Positions 1-10,338 of a stretch of DNA of 42,774 nt are shown piece by piece. The notes beneath the pieces are model-generated. The model saw only the letters and a program-made list of their open reading frames with translations, was not told the DNA's origin and did not search any database. Position 1 is the stretch's first letter. Every line of letters starts with the position of its first letter. The stretch is from Kiritimatiellia bacterium (GTDB lineage Bacteria; Verrucomicrobiota; Kiritimatiellia; SLAD01): assembly GCA_007126515.1 (NCBI GenBank), contig SLBD01000099.1, positions 1 to 42,774 of the forward strand, in the 5' to 3' direction. The position numbers were made by a program, and so were the translations under genes.

Positions 1-244
1 CAAGGACAGGAATGTCCTTGCTCCGGGTTTTGGATATTTTGCGCTCATATTGAGGTCCCACACTTCGGAAAGTGTGGGACCTTGGGGTTTTGGGCGACAT
101 GGGGATTCCTAGTCCTGTCAGCTGCAAATACAGGAATGTCCTTGCTCCGGCGACTGGGAACATGGGCATTCCTGCCCATGTAAAATGTTTCTGCCTTTTT
201 CATCCGATTTACTCAGAAAGAACAGGCAAGGATGACTGTTCCCA
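1..244. repeat. Cluster of REP-like short palindromes (REPIN/BIME-like)
   Basis: caaggaca-GGAA-tgtccttg-ctccgg (1-26) recurs at 125-150 (24/26 identical). acatgggca-TTCC-tgcccatgt (160-181) is a 9-bp stem. Degenerate copies lie at ~96-119 and 220-244, and tgggaaca (155-162) pairs with tgttccca (237-244). Confidence 0.75.
53..82. repeat. Perfect 13-bp hairpin within the REP-like cluster
   Basis: aggtcccacactt-cgga-aagtgtgggacct. Confidence 0.8.
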
Positions 245-357
245 CCCTGACGGAGCCGGAAATGGGCAAATGTCTGGGAATTTAGATGCGTCTGCCCTGG
301 CTCCAGTGCGAATCTCTGATTCCTATGAAGGATTCAAATGTCTGTATACCCGCGATA

Positions 358-386
358 TTGACATAACCACTTCAAATGACTACTTT
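358..386 (+). promoter_or_regulatory. sigma70-type promoter of the TA operon
   Basis: TTGACA (358-363), 17-bp spacer, TACTTT (381-386); GGAG precedes the ATG at 405. Confidence 0.65.
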
Positions 387-404
387 GTTGCCAAGTGGAG
401 AACG

Positions 405-635
405 ATGATGAAAACAATGCCAATTACTGATTTTAAATCTCATGCACTGAAGGTACTCAGCCACATCGCTACACATAAGGAAAACGTGGTCGTGACTAAA
501 CGAGGTAAGCCATTAGCGGTCGTAGTGCCCTACAATGAGCCAGAACCGAGCGCCGGACGGCTAGCTGAAACACTTGTTTTCGAAAAAGACATTATCAAAC
601 CATTCGGTGATACGATGTGGGATGCTTGCAAATGA
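405..635 (+). CDS. Phd/YefM-family antitoxin
   Basis: MMKTMPITDFKSHALKVL...VVVTKRGKPLAVVVPY is a typical Phd N-terminal DNA-binding pattern. The start was re-called from the 72..635 ORF. Confidence 0.9.
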   Translation: MMKTMPITDFKSHALKVLSHIATHKENVVVTKRGKPLAVVVPYNEPEPSAGRLAETLVFEKDIIKPFGDTMWDACK

Positions 636-1030
636 AGCTGTTGCTCGATACCCATGTGTGGATCTGGTGGAATATGGAACCAAAGAAATTGTCGCGACGA
701 GCGATGGCGGCGATAGAAGCAGTACAGGATTATTCTGAAGTGCTACTTTCTGCCATTTCGCCCTGGGAGTTTTGCAAATTAATTGAGAAACAACGCATCG
801 GCATATCCTGTGAGCCGCAGGAATGGATAACGGAAGCCTTGCATATGCCCAAACTCCGTCTCGTTCCCTTGACACCAACAATTGCCTACCGATCAACGTC
901 CTTGCCGCAACCGTTTCATGGAGATCCCGCCGATCAAATCATCGTGGCGACTGCCCGGGAAGAAAATGCCACAATAATCTCCAAAGATCAGCTGATCCGA
1001 GACTATCCTCACGTCCGCACAATTTGGTAG
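632..1030 (+). CDS. vapC: PIN-domain (VapC-family) toxin
   Basis: MKLLLDTHVWIW, SAISPWE and HGDPADQIIVATA carry the PIN acidic residues; ATGA overlap with the antitoxin stop. Confidence 0.92.
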   Translation: MKLLLDTHVWIWWNMEPKKLSRRAMAAIEAVQDYSEVLLSAISPWEFCKLIEKQRIGISCEPQEWITEALHMPKLRLVPLTPTIAYRSTSLPQPFHGDPADQIIVATAREENATIISKDQLIRDYPHVRTIW

Positions 1031-1075
1031 AACGAATGGATCGGATAGCGACATTCCAATCACCGATTTTCACTT

Positions 1076-1214
1076 TTCCATTGAGTGGAAAATCAGCTCC
1101 AAAAACTTCCATTGAGTGGAAAATCAGCCCGCAAATCTTCCATTGAATGGAAAAATCGCTCAAAAAGTTTCCATTGAGTGGAAAAAAGCGGTTTTTTCTT
1201 TCCAATGAGTGGAA
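1076..1214. repeat. Five copies of palindrome TTCCA-N5-TGGAA at exact 31-bp period
   Basis: Copies start at 1076, 1107, 1138, 1169 and 1200 (consensus TTCCATTGAGTGGAA), separated by 16-bp variable A/T-tract-rich linkers. Confidence 0.95.
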
Positions 1215-1226
1215 AACATCCAGCTA

Positions 1227-1261
1227 TTGAATTCTCCGAACAGGACACGCAAAATAGTGTC
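1227..1261 (+). promoter_or_regulatory. Putative clpB promoter with a small inverted repeat
   Basis: TTGAAT (1227-1232), 17 bp, CAAAAT (1250-1255); GACAC-N8-GTGTC straddles the -10; RBS AAGGAG at 1273-1278. Confidence 0.35.
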
Positions 1262-1288
1262 AAACCAGTTAAAAGGAGTGTTGAAATT

Positions 1289-3910
1289 ATGCAAATGGAT
1301 CGATTGACCATCAAGTCGCAGGAAGTGTTGCATCGGGCGCAGCGTTTGGCCACGGAGCGGCATCATGCGGAAGTGGATCTGGAGCATGTTTTGATTGCGC
1401 TACTGGAGCAGGAGGAAGGTGTTGTCCGCCCTCTCTTGGCCCGTTCTGGAGTCAAACAAGATGCGTTGCGTAATCGTGTGGAGGAGTTGCTGTCGAAGAA
1501 ACCTGCCGCACAGGGGGCCGCTGCGGAGCGCTACCTGTCTCGCGCCCTCCGAACCGTCCTGGATCGCGCTTTTGAGCTGGCCTCGGACATGAAAGACGAG
1601 TACGTCAGCACCGAGCATCTGTTGCTGGCTATTCTCGAGCAAAAAGATACTCAAGTCTCCCACATTGCTGAAGAATTGGGACTCACCTCCGCTGCCGTGC
1701 TGCAAGCGTTGCAGAGCGTCCGCGGCAGCCATCGCGTCACCGATCCGTCTCCCGAGGATAAGTATGAAACGCTAGAGAAGTATGGACGTGATCTGACGGC
1801 AGCTGCACGCCAAGGAAAACTGGATCCAGTGATCGGTCGGGATGCAGAAATTCGCCGGGTCATCCAAGTCCTATCCCGCCGAACCAAAAACAATCCGGTG
1901 TTAATCGGTGAACCGGGGGTCGGGAAAACAGCCATCGCCGAAGGATTAGCCCAGCGTATCGTGGCGGGTGATGTACCGGAAACATTGAAAGAAAAGCGCG
2001 TGGTTTCGTTGGATTTGGGCTCCATGGTGGCAGGCTCGAAGTACCGCGGCGAATTTGAGGATCGATTCAAGGCATTTCTGAAAGAAGTGACTGCGTCCGG
2101 TGGCCAAATCATCCTTTTTGTGGACGAGTTGCATACCTTGGTCGGAGCGGGTGGCGCAGAAGGATCGATGGATGCCTCCAATATGATCAAGCCGCCATTG
2201 GCCCGTGGAGAACTGCGCTGCGTGGGGGCGACAACTTTAGATGAATACCGGAAATATATTGAGAAAGATGCGGCACTGGAGCGACGTTTCCAACCGGTGA
2301 TTGTCTCGGAGCCGACGGTGGAGGACACAATTGCGATCCTGCGGGGATTGCGGGAACGGTACGAAGTTCACCACGGGGTGCGAATTCAGGATGCGGCCTT
2401 GGTAGCAGCGGCAGTGCTTTCTGACCGCTACATTAGCGACCGCTTTCTCCCCGACAAGGCGATTGATTTGGTCGACGAGGCGACCAGCCGGTTGCGCATC
2501 GAAATTGATAGTATGCCAACGGAAATCGATGCTGTGGAGCGTCGCATCATGCAATTGGAAATCGAGCGTGAGGCCTTACGCAAAGAGAAGGATGCCGAAT
2601 CCAAACAACGGCTGACCAAGCTCGAAGCCGAGTTGCAGGAGCTGCAATCGGAAAGCGCAGCCATGAAAATGCATTGGCAGCGGGAAAAAGAACTGATCCA
2701 TGAAATCCAATCGCTCACCAGTTCGCTTGATTTGTTGCGGACACGCGAAGAAGAAGCCAAACGCCAGAACGAATTGGAGCGAGCGGCCGAGATCATGTAT
2801 GACCTGATTCCGAAGACGGAAAAGCAAATTGAAACGGCGAAACAAACACTTAGTGAATTTCAGCAAGATCAGAAAATGCTGAAAGAAGAAGTGGATGCGG
2901 AGGATATTGCGGCTGTTGTGTCCTCATGGACACATATTCCCATCAGTCGATTGCTGGAAGGCGAAAAGGACAAGCTCTTGCATATGGAAGATCGCCTGCA
3001 GAAGCGCGTGATCGGCCAGCGGGAAGCTGTCGAAGCTGTGTCCAATGCCGTGCGACGGGCCCGGTCCGGCTTGCAGGATCCGAATCGACCGATCGGCTCG
3101 TTCATCTTTATGGGTCCAACGGGTGTCGGTAAGACCGAATTGGCTCGGGCCTTGGCAGAATTCTTGTTCGACGATGAACATGCAATGATTCGTATCGACA
3201 TGTCTGAGTTCATGGAAAAACACACCGTCAGTCGCCTGATCGGCGCACCGCCGGGCTACGTGGGCTATGACGAGGGTGGCTACCTAACGGAACATGTGCG
3301 ACGCAAGCCCTATTCCGTCTTGCTCTTCGATGAGATTGAAAAGGCCCATCCCGATGTCTTCAATGTTTTGTTGCAGATTCTCGATGACGGCCGGCTTACA
3401 GATGGTCAAGGACGGACAGTGAATTTCACCAACACGTTGGTGATCATGACCTCCAATATCGGCGGGCATCTGATTCTGGCCACTTTGGATCAACATCCGG
3501 ACATCCATCCCGGCGATCTCGCCTATGAGGAAATGGAAACAAAAGTCCATGAGCTGCTCCGTCGTGAATTCCGGCCCGAGTTTTTGAATCGAATTGATGA
3601 AACCATCATTTTCCACAGTTTGAATCAGGAGCATATTCGCGACATTGTGAGCGTACAATTGGCAGCGATGCAAAACCATCTACGCGACAAACGGATCACC
3701 TTGGAACTCACGGAAGCGGCCACCGACTTGCTGGCAAAGCAAGGATATGACCCATCGTTTGGGGCACGACCGCTGAAGCGCCTGTTACAACGGAAAGTCA
3801 TTAATGAACTGGCCACCGCACTGCTCGAGGGCCGAGTGCAAGAAGGCGATACTGTTCGATTTGATGTGCATCCAGACACTCTGGATGAACTGCAGCTGGT
3901 TGGCGACTAA
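1289..3910 (+). CDS. clpB: ATP-dependent disaggregase ClpB
   Basis: Clp N-domain, two AAA+ modules ([16 protein letters not shown]), coiled-coil middle domain, GAPPGYVGY. Start re-called to MQMDRLT using the RBS. Confidence 0.97.
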   Translation: MQMDRLTIKSQEVLHRAQRLATERHHAEVDLEHVLIALLEQEEGVVRPLLARSGVKQDALRNRVEELLSKKPAAQGAAAERYLSRALRTVLDRAFELASDMKDEYVSTEHLLLAILEQKDTQVSHIAEELGLTSAAVLQALQSVRGSHRVTDPSPEDKYETLEKYGRDLTAAARQGKLDPVIGRDAEIRRVIQVLSRRTKNNPVLIGEPGVGKTAIAEGLAQRIVAGDVPETLKEKRVVSLDLGSMVAGSKYRGEFEDRFKAFLKEVTASGGQIILFVDELHTLVGAGGAEGSMDASNMIKPPLARGELRCVGATTLDEYRKYIEKDAALERRFQPVIVSEPTVEDTIAILRGLRERYEVHHGVRIQDAALVAAAVLSDRYISDRFLPDKAIDLVDEATSRLRIEIDSMPTEIDAVERRIMQLEIEREALRKEKDAESKQRLTKLEAELQELQSESAAMKMHWQREKELIHEIQSLTSSLDLLRTREEEAKRQNELERAAEIMYDLIPKTEKQIETAKQTLSEFQQDQKMLKEEVDAEDIAAVVSSWTHIPISRLLEGEKDKLLHMEDRLQKRVIGQREAVEAVSNAVRRARSGLQDPNRPIGSFIFMGPTGVGKTELARALAEFLFDDEHAMIRIDMSEFMEKHTVSRLIGAPPGYVGYDEGGYLTEHVRRKPYSVLLFDEIEKAHPDVFNVLLQILDDGRLTDGQGRTVNFTNTLVIMTSNIGGHLILATLDQHPDIHPGDLAYEEMETKVHELLRREFRPEFLNRIDETIIFHSLNQEHIRDIVSVQLAAMQNHLRDKRITLELTEAATDLLAKQGYDPSFGARPLKRLLQRKVINELATALLEGRVQEGDTVRFDVHPDTLDELQLVGD

Positions 3911-5193
3911 TTGCCAATTTCGCCAATAATCGATACCAAGGGCAGGAATAGTGCGATGACGATCGTTCCCACGATCAAGGCCAGGAAGACGATCAGCAAC
4001 GGCTCGATGATCGAAGTCAGACCAGCGACCGTATTGTCCACTTCATCGTCATAGTTGTCGGCAATCTTCATCAACATCTCTGGGAGTTCGCCCGTTTCCT
4101 CACCGACCTCCACCATACTAACAACCATCGGAGGGAAAACGCCACTTGCCTGAATGGGCGGCGCCATATTTTCGCCTTCCTTCACAGAGTCATGGATGGT
4201 CGTGACGGCTCGAGCAATCACTTCATTGCCCGACGTGTCCCGCACGATGTTCAAGGCCTGCAAGACCGGAACACCTGAGGTCATTAATGTACCCAGGGTT
4301 CGAGTGAATCGCGCAATCGCTGTCTTGCTCATCAATACACCAAAGATCGGCATATGCAGCTTCAGCCAGTCCACACCATAGGCGCCCGCTTTGGATTTCG
4401 CAGCGACCTTAATCCCGAAAATGATTGCAGCGATGATGATGATCAACGGCAAGGTGCGATTGGCAATGGTGTCACTCGCGTTCATGACAAATTGCGTCAA
4501 TCCCGGCAGCCCTCCCTCGCCTAACAAGTCATCAAAGATGGCTTCGAATTTAGGGATAATGACAATCATTAGGAAGGTGACGATACCCACGGCCATTAGA
4601 AGAACGACAATCGGGTACACCATGGCGCTGACCACTTTATTGCGGATGCGCTGGGCCTTTTCCATGAACTCGGCCAACCTCTCCAAGACCACATCCATGA
4701 CACCGCCCAATTCACCGGCCTTGACCATATTGACATACAATCGATTGAAAATTTTCGGATGCTGGCTGAGCGCTTCCGCGAATGTGCTACCCGTTTGAAT
4801 ACCGTCAACGATCTCGGCCGTTGCCTTCTGCAGTTGCGGATGCTTTTCTTGCTTCAAAATCACCTGAAGGCTTCGCATCAACGGCAACCCCGCATTGATC
4901 AGCGTGGCTAACTGCCGGGTATAGGTCATCAGTTGCTTGGGTTTGACCCGATTCATGAACGCGGGCAGCCGCAATTCTTTTGAGCCCACACCTTTTTTAC
5001 CGCCCTTGGCTTTTCCTTTTGAGGCTGTCTTGCTTGATTTTTTCGCCTTTCCGGCTCCGGCAGCTTCTACCTTGGTCGGGAACATGCCTTGCTCTTTAAT
5101 CAAAGCAATCGCCGCACCCTGGCTACTCGCCTCGACTGTTCCCGTCTGTTCCTTGCCATTGGAATCCATTGCTGTGAAGGTAAACGTCGCCAT
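3907..5193 (-). CDS. pilC: Type IV pilus/T2SS platform protein PilC (GspF family)
   Basis: [37 protein letters not shown], three TM segments. Confidence 0.95.
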   Translation of the reverse strand: MATFTFTAMDSNGKEQTGTVEASSQGAAIALIKEQGMFPTKVEAAGAGKAKKSSKTASKGKAKGGKKGVGSKELRLPAFMNRVKPKQLMTYTRQLATLINAGLPLMRSLQVILKQEKHPQLQKATAEIVDGIQTGSTFAEALSQHPKIFNRLYVNMVKAGELGGVMDVVLERLAEFMEKAQRIRNKVVSAMVYPIVVLLMAVGIVTFLMIVIIPKFEAIFDDLLGEGGLPGLTQFVMNASDTIANRTLPLIIIIAAIIFGIKVAAKSKAGAYGVDWLKLHMPIFGVLMSKTAIARFTRTLGTLMTSGVPVLQALNIVRDTSGNEVIARAVTTIHDSVKEGENMAPPIQASGVFPPMVVSMVEVGEETGELPEMLMKIADNYDDEVDNTVAGLTSIIEPLLIVFLALIVGTIVIALFLPLVSIIGEIGN

Positions 5194-5238
5194 ATCAATT
5201 ACTCCATAAACTCTCTATCGATTGAAACTGACAGCTGA

Positions 5239-6948
5239 TCAGGTGTACTTTAATACTTCTTCGACAGTTGTATAGCCATCCAAAATACAGCGAATTCCAT
5301 CTTCTCGCAATGTGCGCATCCCTAATTCAACTGCTTTCTCCCGCATCACCAGCGAAGGACGTCGCTCGGAAATCAGCGTTCGAATCGGATCGCTGATCCG
5401 CAAATATTCGTAGATCCCGCACCGCCCCCGGTATCCTGTATCATTACACTTCGCGCACCCAGCGCCGAAATAGAATGGACGATCTTCAATTTGATCTCTC
5501 GACAATCCTAAGCGATGAAGTTGTTCATCATCCGGCTCAAAGGCGGTTTTGCAGTCCTTGCAAATGGTCCGCACGAGTCGCTGTCCCAGCACCGCTTCCA
5601 ACGTGGATGAAATGAGGAATGGCTCCACTCCCATATCGATCAATCGGGTCACAGCCCCGGCTGCGTCATTGGTGTGTAGCGTGGAAAATACCAAGTGACC
5701 GGTCAAGGAGGCCTGCACAGCAATTTCAGCGGTTTCAATATCGCGAATTTCACCGACCATAATGATGTCCGGGTCTTGCCGCAGGAACGCGCGCAAGGTC
5801 CGCGCAAAGGTCAACCCGATAGCCTCGTGCATGGGAACTTGCACCAGTCCTTCAATGTCATATTCAACCGGATCCTCGGCGGTCAGCAATTTCGACTCAA
5901 TCTTATTGAGCCGACGGAGAGCGGAATAAAGGGTCGTAGTCTTTCCTGATCCAGTGGGCCCAGTTACAACGATGATCCCATTCGGCTTCACAATGTCCGT
6001 TGTGAAGTCTTCAAATAAATCGCCAGGGAATCCAAGATTTTCTAAATCCAGTGATACCACGCTACGGTCCAAGACACGAAGCACCACACTTTCGCCAAAT
6101 TGCGTCGGCAAGGTGGAAACCCGGAAGTCGATGGTACGACCGGCAACATTCAATTGAATACGGCCGTCTTGAGGCAACCGTCGCTCGGCGATGTTGAGGC
6201 CGGAAATCACTTTGATTCTCGACGTGACTGGCAAGGCCAAATGTTTGGGTGGTGGGGCCATTTCGTATAAGGCGCCATCGACTCGATAGCGGATTTTGAA
6301 CTCATTTTCAAAGGGCTCAAAATGAATATCCGACGCTCGATCTTGTACGGCTTGGTAGAGAACCAGATTCACAAAACGAACCACGGGGGCAGCATTGGCG
6401 GCGGTTTCGATTTCGTAGACGTTCTCGTCGGTGCTCAAGCCGATTAAGTCGCCCGCATCTTCCAGCTCGCCTTCCAAGGCCGAAAGCATATCGCTGACCG
6501 ATTCGCTTTCTTCGCCATAGAAACGCTGCAACATCGTCTTGATGTCGCCCTCCTTGCCCACACGAAACGCGACATCCCGCGTCAGCACAAACATCAACTC
6601 ATCAACAATTTCAGGGCTCAACAGGTCGCTGGTTGCCAATTCTACGGAACTCGAATCGGCATACAGGGGGATTACATTGTACATCCGAGCCACACTCGCG
6701 GGCAACGCCCGAACGACTTCAGGATCGATTTCCGCATTTTTCACATCAATGACATCGGTGCCCAGATGTTGCGCAATAATCTCAAGAAGCTGGTCTTCGC
6801 CGATCACGCCCATATCCAGAATGATTTCTCGAGTGGGTCGGCCGGTGCGTTCGTGCTCCTCCCAGATTTCGTTCAATTGCTGATTTTCCAGCAACCCATC
6901 CTGGTTAATCTCCTGCAAGAGAGAATCTTTATATTCCACTGTTGCCAT
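5239..6948 (-). CDS. pilB: Type IV pilus assembly ATPase PilB/GspE family (paralog 2)
   Basis: [49 protein letters not shown], CxxC...CxxC. Confidence 0.93.
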   Translation of the reverse strand: MATVEYKDSLLQEINQDGLLENQQLNEIWEEHERTGRPTREIILDMGVIGEDQLLEIIAQHLGTDVIDVKNAEIDPEVVRALPASVARMYNVIPLYADSSSVELATSDLLSPEIVDELMFVLTRDVAFRVGKEGDIKTMLQRFYGEESESVSDMLSALEGELEDAGDLIGLSTDENVYEIETAANAAPVVRFVNLVLYQAVQDRASDIHFEPFENEFKIRYRVDGALYEMAPPPKHLALPVTSRIKVISGLNIAERRLPQDGRIQLNVAGRTIDFRVSTLPTQFGESVVLRVLDRSVVSLDLENLGFPGDLFEDFTTDIVKPNGIIVVTGPTGSGKTTTLYSALRRLNKIESKLLTAEDPVEYDIEGLVQVPMHEAIGLTFARTLRAFLRQDPDIIMVGEIRDIETAEIAVQASLTGHLVFSTLHTNDAAGAVTRLIDMGVEPFLISSTLEAVLGQRLVRTICKDCKTAFEPDDEQLHRLGLSRDQIEDRPFYFGAGCAKCNDTGYRGRCGIYEYLRISDPIRTLISERRPSLVMREKAVELGMRTLREDGIRCILDGYTTVEEVLKYT

Positions 6949-6959
6949 GATCGACCTCG

Positions 6960-8039
6960 CTATCGGGATTTGCGACTTTCTAATTTTTCAATGATGCTAG
7001 CTGGATTGTCAGCAACTCGAATCATTTCCTCGAGCGAGATGATCCCCTCATCAAACAGCTTCAACAAGCTGGCATCTAACGTCACCATGCCCAAGCGAGC
7101 ACCGGTTTGAATGTCGGACGTGATTCGGTATGTTTTCCCTTCTCGAATGAGGGAGCGAATCGAATCTGTCGCGATCATGATTTCGAATGCCGCTGCTCGG
7201 CCCGGACGATCCGTGCGAGGCAGAAGCACTTGAGAAATGACGGCCTGCATCGTGGCCGATAGCTGAATGCGAACCTGCTCTTGCTGATCCGTGGGAAACG
7301 CATCGACAATTCGGTCCACTGTGCGTGCCGCACCTGTGGTGTGCAAGGTGGCAAAGACCAAGTGTCCTGTCTCTGCTGCGGTGATGGCCGCAGACATCGT
7401 TTCCAAGTCGCGCATTTCCCCCACAAGGATGACATCGGGGTCCTGACGTAAGGCACCGCGGAGCGCCAAGCTGAAGCTTTTAACGTCGACACCCACTTCG
7501 CGCTGCGAAACCACGCTTTTCTGGTGATCATGGTAATATTCGACGGGATCTTCGACCGTGATAATGTGACAATCCCGTTCCTGGTTGATGATATTGATCA
7601 TGCTGGCCAATGTCGTCGTCTTACCCGAACCAGTTGGCCCCGTGACGAGCACCAACCCACGCGGCCGGAACAGCAAATCCCGGACCTGGGGAGGCAGACC
7701 GATATCCTCTAGCGACATCAGCTTGGAAGGGATCTGTCGCATGACAACCCCGTAATGACCTTTTTGCTTCAACACGCTGACGCGGAAGCGCGCCTGATCT
7801 TCAAAGCCAAAACCAAAATCGGTGCCGCCGACTTCCTTGATGCGAGCCATATGCTCATCGTCCGTGATTTCAAGCATCAGCCGCTCGGTGTCCTCTGGAG
7901 TCAAGGGATCCGTGTCCAACGGGTGCAGGGAACCGCTGATACGCAGCACCGGCGCCGATCCAACAGTCAAATGCAGATCAGAGGCCCCTTCATCGACCAC
8001 CAATTGCAATAGATCATTCATCCGCAGTTGACTACTCAT
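6960..8039 (-). CDS. pilT: Type IV pilus retraction ATPase PilT
   Basis: [41 protein letters not shown] (AIRNLIRE-like). Confidence 0.95.
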   Translation of the reverse strand: MSSQLRMNDLLQLVVDEGASDLHLTVGSAPVLRISGSLHPLDTDPLTPEDTERLMLEITDDEHMARIKEVGGTDFGFGFEDQARFRVSVLKQKGHYGVVMRQIPSKLMSLEDIGLPPQVRDLLFRPRGLVLVTGPTGSGKTTTLASMINIINQERDCHIITVEDPVEYYHDHQKSVVSQREVGVDVKSFSLALRGALRQDPDVILVGEMRDLETMSAAITAAETGHLVFATLHTTGAARTVDRIVDAFPTDQQEQVRIQLSATMQAVISQVLLPRTDRPGRAAAFEIMIATDSIRSLIREGKTYRITSDIQTGARLGMVTLDASLLKLFDEGIISLEEMIRVADNPASIIEKLESRKSR

Positions 8040-9754
8040 AATGCTGCATCCCCCGCTGTGACTCGTAACACTTCCTGTAAAGTCGTCATACCGGCCAACG
8101 CCTTTCGCAAACCATCTTCACGCAACGTCCGCATCCCCAGCTCGCGCGCCTTGCGCCGCAATTCTGCAGCTGTGACCTGCGCATAAATCATGTGGCGCAC
8201 CTCGTCATCGATTGTAAAGATTTCAAACACACCCCAGCGGCCTTTGTAACCGGTGTGACTGCAATTCGTACATCCAGCGCCACGGTATAAATTTGCTTCT
8301 CGCACTTGCTCCGCATGAGGGCCTAACAGGCGCAATTCCAGGTCAGAAGGTTTATATTCCTCTTTGCAAGCGGGACAGATTTTTCTAACCAAGCGCTGAG
8401 CCATGATGCCGCGTGTTGACGATGCCACGAGGAACGGTTTGACGCCGATATCCATCAAACGGGTCACGGCACTCGGAGCATCATTTGTATGCAATGTGCT
8501 GAAAACCAAGTGACCGGTCAGCGATGCGTTAACCGCAATCTCGGCTGTTTCCATATCACGGATTTCTCCGATCATGATGATATTGGGTGCCTGTCGCAAA
8601 ATCGAGCGCAGCGCAGAGCTAAAGGTAAGTCCGATATCGGAGCGAACATGCACCTGATTCACACCAGCTAGCTGATACTCGACCGGGTCCTCGACCGTGA
8701 TAATTTTTCGGTCCGGCCGATTGATTTGGTTCAAACAAGCATACAACGTCGTCGTCTTGCCGGAACCAGTGGGACCTGTGACGAGCATAATCCCGTCAGC
8801 CATGCCAATCAACCGTTCAAAGAGTTGCTGGTCATCCGACAAGAAGCCCAGCTGCGGCAAGCCCAGTACAAGGCCCTCCTTATCCAAGATACGCATGACG
8901 ACACTTTCGCCATGGTTCGTCGGAATCGTCGAGACACGCAAATCCAAATCGCGGCCCATCACATTGATTTGAATACGACCATCCTGGGGCAGCCGTTTCT
9001 CCGCAATACTCATATTGGACATGATCTTGATTCGACTGATAATCGCTGCCTGCAAGCGTTTCGGCGGGCTTTCTACTTCGTGAAGCACGCCGTCAATTCG
9101 GTAGCGAATGCGAAACTTCTTGGCCATCGGCTCCAAATGGATATCGGAGGCGCGATTTCGAAAGGCTTCGAGAATCACTAAGCTGACCAATTTAATGATG
9201 GGAGCATCTGCCTCGGACACTTCTACGTCCTCACCAATTAGCTCCTGCATGGCGGTGGTCGGAACGGAGACAGATCCCTCTGTGATTTCCTCCAGCATCG
9301 TCTCCACTGCGCCTTGACCACTTTGTGGATAATACTGATTCAACGCAGCAGCGATTTGCTCTGCTGGGGCGACGGCTCCCTCCACATTGGACTTGAGAAC
9401 ATATCGCAAAGAATCCAGCGTCTCGACATCCAGTGGATCGCTGATGGCGACTGTAAGGATGTTATCGATTTTATAGGCGGGAATGACTTTGTAGCGACGG
9501 GCGACATCGGCCGGCACGGAGTCGATCACGTCTTGAGGAATTTCGTGACCGGTTAAATCGATAATTTCCATCCCGAACTGGTTCGCCAGTGTCTTCAGGA
9601 TATCCATTTTTTTGGCAATGCCCGACTCGACAAGTACGTCAATGACATCCTTATCTTTCTCTTGGGCAACCTTGAGCGCCTCGGCACTTTGCGTCGAGTC
9701 AATCAGTCCGACACTTTCGAGAATCTCTACGATATAATCATCATTCGCAGTCAA
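8036..9754 (-). CDS. pilB: Type IV pilus assembly ATPase PilB/GspE family (paralog 1)
   Basis: [16 protein letters not shown], Walker [20 protein letters not shown]...CTNC; TTG start with GGGGAGA upstream. Confidence 0.93.
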   Translation of the reverse strand: MTANDDYIVEILESVGLIDSTQSAEALKVAQEKDKDVIDVLVESGIAKKMDILKTLANQFGMEIIDLTGHEIPQDVIDSVPADVARRYKVIPAYKIDNILTVAISDPLDVETLDSLRYVLKSNVEGAVAPAEQIAAALNQYYPQSGQGAVETMLEEITEGSVSVPTTAMQELIGEDVEVSEADAPIIKLVSLVILEAFRNRASDIHLEPMAKKFRIRYRIDGVLHEVESPPKRLQAAIISRIKIMSNMSIAEKRLPQDGRIQINVMGRDLDLRVSTIPTNHGESVVMRILDKEGLVLGLPQLGFLSDDQQLFERLIGMADGIMLVTGPTGSGKTTTLYACLNQINRPDRKIITVEDPVEYQLAGVNQVHVRSDIGLTFSSALRSILRQAPNIIMIGEIRDMETAEIAVNASLTGHLVFSTLHTNDAPSAVTRLMDIGVKPFLVASSTRGIMAQRLVRKICPACKEEYKPSDLELRLLGPHAEQVREANLYRGAGCTNCSHTGYKGRWGVFEIFTIDDEVRHMIYAQVTAAELRRKARELGMRTLREDGLRKALAGMTTLQEVLRVTAGDAAL

Positions 9755-9815
9755 AATATCTGATCTCCCCCACTCGCCGTTGGATTTGTCGTGAACTGTC
9801 GTTCATGATGCCAGG

Positions 9816-9845
9816 AGCCTAGCTTATCCCACTAGCGCCTGTCAA
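9816..9845 (-). promoter_or_regulatory. Putative promoter of the pil operon
   Basis: Minus strand TTGACA, 18 bp, TAGGCT. Confidence 0.45.
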
Positions 9846-9924
9846 TCGCTCAAGCCCATTCTCTGCCTGTCTTCCTGATCATGTTCGACATTGCCAGACT
9901 GGCAGAAACAACTAGAATATCAGT

Positions 9925-10206
9925 ATGAAACGATCAAAAAAGCGTACTCTTCGTACGCTATCACTCAGCATATTGGTGACGCTGGCTGTAACGATTTTCT
10001 ATTTTAATGCGACACCTGCAGAAAAACGATTGCGCGACATTGTGAGCGGGATGCCGGTTCCGACGGATCCTACGTTTCTACCCATCATGCAAGCGCTGCT
10101 GAGCAACGCTATTCTCGATGGGAACGCGTTGATAACATGCCGTATGGCGGGGTCAAGGAAAGTGGTCTGGGCCGCGAGGGAATTCGCTTTGCGATCGAAG
10201 ATATGA
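9925..10206 (+). pseudogene. Probably truncated membrane-anchored protein (5' part of a chimeric locus)
   Basis: Basic N-terminus plus TM helix; promoter TTGCCA-16-TAGAAT ends 6 nt before the ATG; the 3' part runs out of frame through an ALDH remnant. Confidence 0.5.
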
Positions 10207-10241
10207 CCGAAATCAAAAACTTGGTAATCCGTACGCCGTAG
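10125..10241 (+). pseudogene. C-terminal remnant of an aldehyde dehydrogenase gene
   Basis: Manual translation gives [38 protein letters not shown], the ALDH PxGGxKxSGxGRE signature. The rest of the gene is absent. Confidence 0.85.
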
Positions 10242-10279
10242 GGACAGCCCCCTTGGAAACGAACCATATTCTGCACCCC

Positions 10280-10338
10280 ATAGCTTATAAGCTATAAGCC
10301 AAACGGGCACATCGAGATGCAATAGCTTATACGCTATT
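10280..10338. repeat. Two copies of a 16-bp palindrome between convergent 3' ends
   Basis: ATAGCTTATAAGCTAT (10280-10295, perfect) and ATAGCTTATACGCTAT (10322-10337). Confidence 0.7.

Noticed and set aside
72-404. N-terminal extension of the antitoxin ORF (187 aa)
   Set aside because: It reads through REP-like repeats; the promoter and RBS point to ATG 405
1076-1214. CRISPR array interpretation of the 31-bp repeats
   Set aside because: The 15-bp repeat and 16-bp linkers are too short, the linkers resemble each other, and no cas genes are in the window
1076-1288. CIRCE or HAIR heat-shock operator upstream of clpB
   Set aside because: TTGAGT resembles a HAIR half-site but there is no ACTCAAG partner, and no TTAGCACTC-N9-GAGTGCTAA is present
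1178-1288. 37-aa N-terminal extension of ClpB
   Set aside because: It starts inside the repeat array; the RBS and homology pattern fit 1289
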